A stretch of DNA of 63,050 nucleotides, filler included, from Octopus bimaculoides (lineage: Eukaryota), in NCBI RefSeq assembly GCF_001194135.2. It is 4 parts of 4 records of this genome, joined end to end, with 100 filler letters (N's around TTAATTAATTAA, not from the genome) between each part and the next. Parts side by side here need not be neighbours in the genome. Positions count along the whole stretch, not along the records: positions 18,673 to 49,847 come from NC_069000.1; 3 more parts are not named here. One strand, given 5' to 3'. The notes below the pieces were generated by a model, which saw only the letters and a program-made list of their open reading frames with translations, was not told the DNA's origin and searched no databases. A program made the translations under genes and the position numbers. This document shows positions 27,133 through 38,570 of the stretch, piece after piece; the stretch's first letter is position 1, and each line of letters starts with the position of its first letter.

Positions 27133-28361
27133 ATACTGTATGATGGCATTTCAATAAAAAACATGAGATAAAATTCTTTATGATTGTGTCGAAAGGAGCC
27201 ACATTTTATGTGCACTGATTCCTTTTCAATGATCTTCACACGATATGATCAAGCCAACCCTAACAAATGCGAAATCTAAAATTTTGCGACATCAGTAAAA
27301 GATTTCAAGAGATTCCATAACAAGAAAACAGCGAAACTTTTGAGACAGAAAACATATTTGATTATCAAAAGTTGATACATCAATGATCTGCATTTAATGA
27401 CAGACTAAACAGTTGCTGGAAGAACGATATGAAGTATGATTTTAATGTGCGAGCGTCAACTAATTTAGCATAAGATTCAGCAGGTGGAGACTTTGAGACT
27501 CCCGTGTGTAAACGTCTCGTCACGTTTACACATCAACAAATAACCCTTTAAGATCCTCTTTATTTTCGGTAAAAATTTTTCTGGTAAAAATTTTTCCCAG
27601 CAATGAAAAATAGCCTTACTGCTTTTGACAACTGGCAAAAACAGAAACATTTTTGATAGCAAATCAGTCATTTAATTATCAATTTCTGCAGATAATAACC
27701 CAACTAATTAACTAAGCGACTAACTAATCATGATATGTAAACCACTCGAGCTAATTAAAAGAAAATTGATTTTCGTTTTATTAAGCGCAAATCCAAATTT
27801 TGTAGGCGACTCATACCATTGATCAAATCGTTCATAGTATATTACAGATATTAGCGCCATTCAAACCAAATCGGTTCCACTCAGAACGTAGCATCTTAAA
27901 TGATAGTTTGCTGCCTTGGCTATTTTCTCTACTCTCAGTTAAATAAATATAAAAATCAGACAAATAAACAGACTGATTTTTATAATCGCGCTGTCGCCAT
28001 GTTTTTATGCAAGTGGCTCGATAATTAGAAAGCAAGCGCCATTTTGTTTTTACGCTGGTTTTGTGCTCGCATATTGTCGCTATCATGTATTTCGCTTATC
28101 TTCCAACCACACATGAAGGTGATATTACGAAAATTAATGAGAGTGGTGATCTTTTAAAATATCGACTTTTATTCTTGTTCTTTCTCGATGTTGTCATTTC
28201 TGTTGATTTTAGTGTTTCGGGTTTGTCAACCTCTCATGATCAATAATATCACAAGTGTAACTCTGTATCATCACCAAAAAAACCCAAAGTTAAAAACGGC
28301 AACGATAACGACCACCCTCACCACCACCACCAACAACAACAACATCAGCAACAACAACAAC

Positions 28362-28558
28362 ATTGTGGATTTTGTGGTAAGAAATTTGTTTCCCAACCAC
28401 ATGGTTCTGGGTTCAGTCTCACTGCGTGGCACCATGGGGAAATTTATTTTAATATAACCTCGGGCTGACCAAAGCCTTGTGAGTGGATCTGGTTGACGGA
28501 AACTGAAAGAATTCCGTCGTATATAGTGTGTGTGCGTGTGTGTGTATGTATGTGTGTA

Positions 28559-28609
<51 letters not shown>

Positions 28610-28855
28610 GCGCACACGTGTCTGTGTGTGCGTATGTGCCTTTTTGTCTTTGCTTTGACGACCCACCGCCAACGCTTGACAACCAGTGTTAGTTTGTTGA
28701 CGTCACCGTAACCTCGCTGTTCGGCAATAGAATAAGTAGTAGACATTACAAAAAAAAAACATAAGAAATGATTTTGCTTTACAAATAAAAAGAAAAAAAA
28801 CTTCAAAGTGGTGCTCCAGCATGACTACAGTCCAATGATCGAAACATGAAAAAAA
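28362..28855 (+). mobile_element. SINE family A copy
   Basis: Collinear; internal (TG)n(AG)n. Confidence 0.8.
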
Positions 28856-29179
28856 ATATGACAACGACATGTTTGGTTATGTATTTCATGTGGAGATTTT
28901 AAAAAATTCCTGTATTTTCTTCGTTCTCGACTTATGAGGATTGCTTTCAATGTTCTTCTGGCTGTTTGTCTCTCTTATCTGTGTTGGGAAGTAATAACGT
29001 TAGCACAATGTCTTTATTTAATTCACTGCGACAGCGTTTTGACAACTTGTCTTTCTAATTCAGTGTTGCTATCGGCCGATGTACGTGCGTGCGTATGTAT
29101 TTGTGCATATATGTATATGTACATATATATTTATGTATATGTACGTGCGTGTATATATTTATATATGTATATATTTGTG

Positions 29180-29243
<64 letters not shown>

Positions 29244-29262
29244 GATATATATGTACATGTGT

Positions 29263-29472
29263 AAGGCGGTGAGCCAAATCGTTAGCACGCTGGATGAAGT
29301 GCTTAGAGGCATATCGCCCGTCGCTACGTTCTTAATTCAAATTTCGGCGAGGTCGACTTTACCTCTCATCCTTTCGGGGTCGATAAATTAAGTACCAGTT
29401 GCGTACTGGGGTCGATGTAATCGACTAGTCCCCCTCCCCCCAAATTTCAGACCTTGTATCTTTAATAGAAAG
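29263..29472 (+). mobile_element. SINE family B copy
   Basis: Full-length match. Confidence 0.85.
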
Positions 29473-31338
29473 AATATATATGTATATATGTATGTATATA
29501 TTTGTAAAAACGTGTGTGTGTGTGTTTGTATATACGTTTATCTGCAACAGAAGCAGTATTAGATTGAAATAGCCATTTATCTATCACACTTAATGTAAAT
29601 ACATCACGAAAAGGCAAATTCCTGCTTTCTATGATGTACTTACATTGAGTAGGATACAGGTAAGGAGGGAGAGAGAGAGGGAGAAAGAATAGAAAAAGAT
29701 GTCGCACGAAAATGTGAATTCATTTAAAGTAATCAAATTAAAAGACAGTGCGTGGTGTTCCATCAATTAAGTTTAAAAAACACGTAATATATATTCATTG
29801 AGAAGTCACAGCTCTGGTACTACAGACATATGATTATAATATTGCAGGAAAGAATCGCAAGACAGACTCTTCAAACTGAGCCAACTTGCAGGGGACCTTA
29901 GAGGTAGACAAAGAGCAAGATAGTTGGATAATATCCATAGTCTCAATTAGTCATGCTTAGGAATCCAGATAAATGTACCTGAGGACTTCTGATAGTACTC
30001 CACGAAGGAGGTACCCACGACCCTTTTAAGAATAGTGGGAGAATGTAGATGTATGAGTGTGTGGCTAGTATGGCTATATATATTTTATAATAACTAAACG
30101 ACTGTCTTTAATTCAACAGCGGCTGAATAGTCACCGGAACATCTAGATGCCCCGTGACGTGATTGTGGAAAATTTTCACTGAGTGAAATATTAGAGGTTT
30201 AGTCTACTATATTTTACACCGTGTAGACAAAAAGCCATAGCACCGACTACTTGTTGTGCACTCTCAGTGATTAAAAGTCTCGGATGAGCTATTGAACTGC
30301 CTAGATTCTTATAGGTTTATATATTACATGTCTGTGTTCGTGTGCATGCATATGTATGTGTATACGCATATATATATATATGTGTTCATATACGCACACA
30401 TACGCACCCATGTGGTTGTAGAGGAAACGTCTTATGCACGAAGTTATAAATTCATGATTACATCTATATCTGTTCTTGTGTGTATTTGTACATCACTGTT
30501 TGTGTGAGAGCGCGCAGAGTACTTCTTTGAATTAAGACTATGTGTGCGTGCGTCGAATATACAGATTCATGTAAGAAGGCAGGTAGATTGGTAGGTAGGT
30601 AAATACCGTGTGTGTGTGTGTGTGTTATATGTATATATGCGACTATGTTGCTACATACTCATATATAAATACATAGTGTGTGTGAGAGAGATAGAGAGAG
30701 AAAAGATGAATGTTAGAACTAAATAGTGAACACAGCTGTGTCAGAAACATTCGACTGTATAGTTACTTCCACTTTAATCTCACTAAATCCTTTTAAATCC
30801 AACATCGAACTTCTCAGTGTCAAAACCATTCGATTAAGCTTTCTAAGTGGAAAATCTTAATGTCTTCCAGAAATACTCGCTAGGTGTCGCTGTCTGTTTC
30901 GCATTGGTTGCTACATGACTGGAACTGAAAAGTAGTGTTCCGAAGCGATTTTTAATTCTAGAAGATCGATCGTATCACCTAGATTCCTTTCTTCATCTAA
31001 AACTACTACGTATACTAGTTACACTCTCGGAAAAGGCATGAACATCACAAACCCTTATTCTCATACCTTATCAATCTGGGATCTTGTATCCCTTAAAAAA
31101 AATAATAAAGCTAGATTAGTAGTTAAATAAAAGCGAAGCTTTGGTGAAGTTGGACCTGTGATCTGGTTTTTGATTGCTGGATAAAATTACCTTAATTACA
31201 TTTCAAATGTCTTGAAAATAATTCCAGATGTCAATCTCTCCAACTTTTTCATATGTTGATCAACTTTAGACTATTACGGGAAGACTTCAAAGATGACGCC
31301 CGTATTTCTGAGAAATAGCATCGTGTGTCAAGTGAATC

Positions 31339-31376
<38 letters not shown>

Positions 31377-31377
<1 letters not shown>

Positions 31378-31592
31378 GAAGGTGGCGAACTAGCAGAATC
31401 GTTAGCACGCTGGACAAAATCCTTAACGGTATTTCGTCCGTCTTTACGTTCTGAGTTCAAATTGCGCCGAGGTCGACTTTGCCTTTCATTCTTTCGGGGT
31501 CGATAAATTAAGTACCAGTGAAACACCGGAGTCGATGTAATCGACTCGTCCCTTCCCCCAAAATGTCAGGCCTTGTGTCTATAGTAGAAAGG

Positions 31593-31595
<3 letters not shown>
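31377..31595 (+). mobile_element. SINE family B copy embedded in (ATT)n
   Basis: Full-length match, with (ATT)n on both sides. Confidence 0.9.
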
Positions 31596-31639
<44 letters not shown>

Positions 31640-31640
<1 letters not shown>

Positions 31641-32272
31641 GATGTCGTACAGTATACAATATCGTGAGGTTGTTAATTCAAGATATTGTGTCTACCGGGG
31701 GGCGGGGTTGTACTGTCTGTCAAGTCACAACAAGGACCTCAGACAGACAGTACTTTACGCAATATGCATGCAGTTCCAAGCAATGTTGACTTTTGCAATG
31801 CATCCTGATTGTAGGGTATCTCTAAGGTTTTCAGATGTTTTGGTTTTTTTTGTTCAGATTGGGTGGTATTGAACCCAATATTCCGATGATATTACGGATA
31901 ACATCTATGTTCGACTCTCGTAGCTGCCACATCTTAGCGATCTCAATTCTCAGGTCTCCATATTTATCAACTTGTTCTCTTTCTTTCATGATAATATGTT
32001 GATCTGGCACTGCTACGTCGATTATTAGGTACTCTTGTTGGTCCCTCCTAAAGGTTTCTATATCCGGCCTTCGGTGCTCTAACACTTTGTCTGTCTGGAA
32101 ATCAAATTCCCAGAGGACTTTTGCCTTTCCCTTTTCGTCCATTACCTTTTCCGGTGTATGTTGGAACCAAGCACCCTTAACCTCATATCCATACTTACGG
32201 CATAGTACCCAGTGGAGGTTTTGGGCTACTTTGTCGTGTCTAGGCTTGTACTCTTTCTGCACAAGACTTATT
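31640..32272 (-). mobile_element. RLE-encoding non-LTR retrotransposon relic (R4/Dong/NeSL-like C-terminus)
   Basis: ORF 31831-32262 contains RHDKVAQNLHWVLCRKYG, HRRPDI, IIDVAVPD..I..KEREQVDKYGDL.IEIAKMW and IIGILG, the restriction-like endonuclease signature. Confidence 0.9.
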
Positions 32273-32274
32273 AT

Positions 32275-32810
32275 TCAGTGAGAGAGCAGTGAATGCCATC
32301 AAAGTGACACTGGGGCAAAATATACGAAGCCCAGTAAACCCATCATGACTACCCGTCTGATAAGGTTATACCAGGCACATGCATCACAACCTTATGTGCG
32401 TAACATGGTGATCTCATTTCAAGATAAACAGCGCATGACCTTGCAGATGGGGCCCAGTTAGAATTTTCCTCAAGTCGAGTAACCTATTCTGCTCAAAAGG
32501 TCCCTGAATAAGGGTTGTTTAAGGATGTTAAATGAAACACCCATGTTTCCAAAGGTGAATTATTCAAACCCCAAATAATTCTTCTCAACACATGGCTATG
32601 ATGCTCCCCCACTACTTCTGCTCGTGATCAGAGATGCACATATCGTCAGCCACTAAGAGACATACTCAACTGTTTATGGTCAAACAAATGACAAGCAAAT
32701 CTGTGGTATTGAGCAGAATATTTGCTGTAGGCCATCTTTTATACGAACACAAAACAATGTAACTGATAACACTTCCAATCAGTTAAGATCAGAAGCCATG
32801 AGAGCTAATT
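32275..32810 (-). mobile_element. Interspersed repeat, probably a retroposon 3' UTR (copy 1)
   Basis: The reverse complement of ~32277-32490 matches 36936-37140, which ends in an (AAT)n tail. Confidence 0.7.
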
Positions 32811-32814
32811 ATTA

Positions 32815-32878
<64 letters not shown>

Positions 32879-33006
32879 TAGTGGTGGTAGTAGTAGTTGT
32901 ATAGTCACTAACATTTTCCATCTTCACTACAAATATTAGTTTAGCATCATCATCACCGATTTCAGCACTCTAATCATCAACAGCGTTACCGACATCAGTA
33001 CCTTTA

Positions 33007-33058
<52 letters not shown>

Positions 33059-33965
33059 GTGATACACTGAAATCTTGAATAAATTATAGGCTTCAGTGAA
33101 GTCTATGTGTTTTTGTCTTTCATCTCAAACCTCTCTGTCCATATATAAATACACTGTGTGTGTGTGTATGTATGTAGGGATATATGTATGTGTATATGTC
33201 ATAACGTACGTATGTAGATATATGTAATGTGGAGGTACGTAAAATGTTTGCATGCATACCACACACACACATACACGCACAGATACACACGCGCATAGAG
33301 AGAAAGGGAGATATAGAGAGAGAGAGCAAAAGAAGACTACAAACGGACAGGCAATTTTAAGTGAGAGAGTCTAGACTCAAGCGTACATACACACGCACAA
33401 ATGCACATAAAAAGATTGAAACAGAGAGAGAGAGAGACGTACACACACGTTCACATACACGTACACATTCTCACACACACACAACAGACACACAAACACA
33501 TGAACACACAAGCGCTTGGACACACGCACAGGCATGGTCACACATTTACACGTAGATATTTCTCTATAGAGACAGAAACATAGAGTAAGAGGACGATGGA
33601 GACAACGAAAAATTGAACGACAGAAATCAATGCAAAAATTTAGTGAAATGAAAATGAATGAAGACCACTACGCAACCTCAGAAAGAACTGAGTCAAGGAA
33701 CTGTGGACAGCTGTCAAATGGAAAGACTGACTGCTACAAATCAATGTTAGCGGAAATGGGTTTCATTCGAAGGCGAAGGCCATGATAGGATAGAAGTTTC
33801 AAGAATGTGGGAAAGGAAAAGAACGATTGCGGTGGAGAGACGGAAGAAATGGATAAAAACGGAACTAAGTTGGGTAATTTGAGTGAAGAAGTTCTGAAAT
33901 CTTGGTTTAGTTTGCTTCCAGTGTTTGTTTAGGGAACTTTCTCTCATTCTTAAAACCTCTCTTAT

Positions 33966-34175
33966 ATATATATATAGTGTGTCTTTATGTCAGTGCTAGT
34001 ACCATGCTACCGCTTCCCAACTGGTGTTAGTGTATTTACGTCCCCGTAACTTAGCGGTTCGACAGAATAAGAACCAGGCTTTAGAAATACGTCCTGGGGT
34101 CGATTCATTCAACTAAAATTTTTTCAAGGCGGTGCTTCAGCATGGCCGCAGTCTAATGATTGAAAAAGTAAAAGA
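33966..34175 (+). mobile_element. SINE family A 3' half
   Basis: TTTACGTCCCCGTAACTTAGCGGTTCG...CAGCATGGCCGCAGTC. Confidence 0.8.
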
Positions 34176-34384
34176 TGACTCCTCTGCCGGCATTCACCAT
34201 GACAAATCGCTAGCCACCAAACCTTTCTCAATTTTCTCTCCCTGTTTATTTCTGTGTTCCTTTCTGTCGAAGAGCGTAGGCTCGAAACGTAAAAGACTTT
34301 CTCACTTTCCGAGCGTTAAACTAATACATCTGTTTGTTGTTTACACACCCGTCTTCGTCTTTTGTTTTTTTTATAAATTCTCAC

Positions 34385-34415
<31 letters not shown>

Positions 34416-34441
34416 ATCACGGAAGGGTCATAATGCCAATT

Positions 34442-34740
34442 ATAAACACACGCCCTGGTTCTATTTCTCTTCTTCTTTACTTGTTAATTGGTTAACAGTT
34501 TAACCATTTCACTAATAGATTGATTAATCGTTCGAGGAATCAATCAATTCATGATTTCTACCAAAGTCGACCTGGAGTAAAAGAGTGCATGCTATTGAAG
34601 AGATCGCGACGAAAGGAATTTGACTAAACATAACCGGTTAATTGATTAATCGAACGATTACTTAAACAATCGATTTGCTAATTGGTTAAGTAGTTAACCA
34701 ATTAACAAATCATAAAGAATGAACTAGAACCAGTGTTTAT
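34442..34740. mobile_element. Older MITE-like element with ~90-bp imperfect TIRs
   Basis: CTGGTTCTA...TTGTTAATTGGTTAAC pairs with GTTAACCAATTAACAA...TAGAACCAG; inner TAATCGTTCGA / TCGAACGATTA. Confidence 0.6.
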
Positions 34741-34820
34741 GTTTATTATTGACGTAATGACCTTTTCGAGACAAAACAAAATCAATAACAACACGAGTTC
34801 ACATCAAGAATCTTGCAGAC

Positions 34821-34927
<107 letters not shown>

Positions 34928-36009
34928 ATGAACATAGGCGCAAAATAAGCTGGAAAAAAAATAGTGCGCAAATATCAAAGATAGAGTAAAGCACTATTTT
35001 ATTAAAACCGAAAAAATTCACAAACTGTTACTTACCGTTTCACGTAACCGTTCAAGTTGTGACAATATTGTCTGATGAGTGGTTACGGGAAACTCTGAGT
35101 AACTGTTTGTGAATTTTTTTTAGTATCAGTAATTAATGAGTCACGGCCTTGACATTACACTTTGTCACGCTAATTCTGTTTGTGAATTACGTTAAGGGTT
35201 ACGAATCTGTGGAAACGCGTCACCAAAACCAAAACGTGTAAGGATTAATAACAAGCCTATTGCTTTTGTATATCGCTGATTTTATCCCCTATTTAATGTA
35301 AACACGCCATTTACGGCTCTTGTATTTATTAACTGGCCTGGGTATGACTTTAGACTGCATCCGGTTATGGGGCCCTGATTAGGGAGTTCCAAGGTTTCGA
35401 TGAGTGTGGAACCACCTCTTAACCTCTATTGCTCCTGGGTCTTCTCTGACCCCAGAGTAGTAACAGAGACCCAGGCATGAGCTAAATAGCATGTAATCAC
35501 CCGAGTCAGTGTATGTTGAAATCATAGGATGCAGCATGGTGGATGTGAACGATTTTGGTAAATAAACTTATATATCCAATAACGTATATTACAAGATGAT
35601 GATTGGATGAACAAACAATAGACTGTCAATGGTCAGGATCAACCAGTTTAGTTAGCGAGCTGTAGTCGTTGCGAGCGCAGCTAAGGTGTTTCAGCTTATG
35701 GAGGGCCAGTGTAACTAAAACTCAAGCCAGGTTTCATGCTGCGTCGCTCGATCGGGACATCTGAGCTTGAAGGGTTTCACTAGTTCAGGCCAGTCGCCCG
35801 ACCGGAAGAGGATGATAGTTATGAGAGAGAGAGTGAGAGTGTGTGGGGGTAAAGTCATATGGAACCTCCTAAAACATCCTGAATATATATAACCATTCTG
35901 AATCGTTCTCGTTTTCTGTTCATTCCTACTCCCTTCTCTTCTTATTGCCAACTTCAGGAGAATTGTTTAACCCTAATATTTTAGTTTCCGCTTGTCAGTT
36001 TTATTGACA

Positions 36010-36305
36010 CGACTGCATGATTAAGAAGCTTGCTTTGCTATCACGAGGTTTCGGGTTCAGTCCCATTGCGCGGCATCTTGTGAGTGAATTTTGTAGACAG
36101 AAACTGTGTGGAAGTCCGTCGTGTGTGTGTGTGTGTGCGCGTTCTTCTGAGTTCCTGTTACCCCCTACACCACCGCTTGGTAACTGGTGCGGTTCGGCTA
36201 AAGAGACAGATCGAATAAGTACTGAGATCGATCTGCTCGACTAAAAAGTATACCCTTCAAGGTGGTACCCCAGCATGGCCGCAGTTCAATAACTGAAACA
36301 AAATA
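36010..36305 (+). mobile_element. SINE family A copy (deleted/diverged)
   Basis: Head GGGTTCAGTCCCATTGCG and tail CCCAGCATGGCCGCAG. Confidence 0.7.
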
Positions 36306-36530
36306 TGTAGCTTAGCTCTAAAAGTCGTCAGCCACCAGATGATCTGGAGGAAGTAACCCAGTTCCTTAGAAATTCTCGGAGATATTATAAAGTCAACATT
36401 TTCTGTAATGTCTCTGATACTTTCAATCTTTGTTTCAAGTATACATACGTGAGTGTGTGTATATATGTGTGAGAGTGAGTATACATACATATATATATAT
36501 ACACACACACACACGTAAATACACATGTAA

Positions 36531-36621
<91 letters not shown>

Positions 36622-36934
36622 CATATATGAGGTGTTTTCTTACATAGTGGTGCATTATGTTTGTGTAATATAGAGCCATAGGCAACACCCGTGTTCATAT
36701 GTGTGAGTTTATGTGTGTCCTTTGATGAAGTTGCCAAAAACCTTGTCTAGAAACGATTGCTGTAAAAAAAAAAATAGCATTTCTGATAGTGAGTCTGATA
36801 CTTAAAAGCTTTCCAGTTCATCTGCAACAACGAAACACTACTCCTACTTCTCCTCCTCCAACTATTACAACCAGAACAATAATACTACTGCTACTACTTC
36901 AACACCACTAGTACTACTATAAAGAATAATAATA

Positions 36935-37150
36935 TGGGCTACTCGACCTGAAGAAAATTTTAACTGGGCCCCAACTGCAAGGTGATGTGCTGTTTATCTT
37001 GATGTGAGGTCACTATGTTGCGCACATGGTTGGGATGCAGGTGCCTGGTGCACCCTTATCAGACGGGTAGTCATGATGGGCTTCGTATATTTGTATCTCA
37101 GTGTCTCTTTGATGGCATGCGCTGCTCTCTTACTCAATAATAATAATAAT
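36935..37150 (+). mobile_element. Same repeat family, copy 2, with (AAT)n tail
   Basis: CCCTTATCAGACGGGTAGTCATGATGGG etc. shared with copy 1. Confidence 0.7.
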
Positions 37151-37555
37151 CCTTTCTACTAAATGCACAAGGCTTGAAATTTGGGGGCAGAGCTTCATTG
37201 GTACTTAATTTATCGACCCCGAAAGGATGAAAGGCAAAGTCGACCTCGGCGGAATTTGAACTCAGAACGTAAAGACGGACGAAATGCCGTTAAGCACTTT
37301 TTCCGGCGTGCTAATCATTCTGCCAGCTTACTGCCTTTCTTTCCAATTTTGGCACAAAGCCAGCAATTTTGAGAGGAGAGCATTAGTCGAGCCATCGACC
37401 ACAATATTTGATTGGTACTTTATTTGTTCCATTCCGAATAGACGAAGAGCAAAGTTAACCTAGGCAGGATTTGAACTCAGAATGTAAAGAGATGGAACAA
37501 ATGTTACGAGATATTTATTTCCGACTCTCAGGCGATTTATCCAGCTCGCCATCTC
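37148..37555 (-). mobile_element. Two tandem SINE family B copies
   Basis: Two successive TTTGAACTCAGAA...CCAGCT bodies. Confidence 0.8.
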
Positions 37556-37569
37556 TCCAACATCACTTC

Positions 37570-38170
37570 CCTATCTAAAAACAAGTTGAAGAAAACGGTG
37601 GGAGGTGCTTTAGGGAAGATGGAAGTGCCTGTCTTCAATACTTTGAGCTTCGATCACCGTAACTTCTATCGTCATAGCTACCAGACAAGGAAACTACCTA
37701 GCCAACCCTACTAATGGAAGGTACTGACGTGATCAATGCAATAAATTCGACTGATTACTGGACACATTATGTCGAACAGCGTCCAACAGCTTGTTCACAC
37801 AACTCCACAAGTCAAAAATCCTTGGACAATGCAAGAGTGTGTGCAGTAAAATTTCGTCTTCTTGTGCACTCAGATAGTCTTGCCAGTAGAGTCTGTCTCG
37901 AACCGGCAGTGCCCCTTCATAGCGTTGCAAGACTAAGGATTTCTGGAAATTGTTCGTAGCAGTCCCTGGCTCGACTTACCAGTTCATTCTCGTCGACACC
38001 TGAGATCGAAATCGCTCTGACTGACCACTCGTTCTCTGTATATTGATAAACTGGAACTTCCACCGATCACATTGACAAAGCGTAGAGGTATTTCCGAAGT
38101 AAGGATCTAACGAAAGAAATGGAGAGCTTGTTGCTAGCCTCTCAATATCAAACATTAAATTCTGATTCAT
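37570..38170 (-). mobile_element. Tx1/L1-like LINE ORF2 C-terminal relic
   Basis: GALPVRDRLY...LLHTLLHCPRIFDLWSCVNKLL resembles the zf-RVT region of L1/Tx1 ORF2. Confidence 0.65.
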
Positions 38171-38229
38171 TGAGTAGGATATTTAATGCACCATTTCCAT
38201 AAATAAATGATGCTTGCTTAATGAAAGAG

Positions 38230-38570
38230 TGGAAAATATTGATTATCATACTGTAACAAGCTGTAAAATGATAGCTCAGAAATAACACAAGTGATGTCAT
38301 GAAAAGGGTTGTCTCAATTTACACTGGTCATTTCGTAAAAAAATATGGACACAATACTTCAAACAATTGGTATAATCATATACCAGAAAAGGGCCCAACT
38401 GGACCTGGTTCCAATAATTCTCTGAGTCTTTGACATCCTTACATGCAGAACAATTGAACACCGTAGACCAGATGTCATTATATGTGACATGTCATAAATT
38501 CAAAATATCCATGTGAAAGAAGAGAAAGACTAAAATTACAACTCTGTGGAAAAATTATCTGGCTCGGCAC
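38230..38570 (+). mobile_element. Decayed RLE-type LINE fragment
   Basis: SCKMIAQK*HK*CHEKGCLNLHWSFRKK, NWYNHIPEK and IEHRRPDVII match the same region as the 31.8-kb relic. Confidence 0.7.

Noticed and set aside
27500-27530. 10-bp stem TGTGTAAACG/CGTTTACACA
   Set aside because: Isolated, and expected by chance in 63 kb.
35620-35950. Transposase or pol fragment
   Set aside because: Only a weak WPS motif; could not be aligned to a family.
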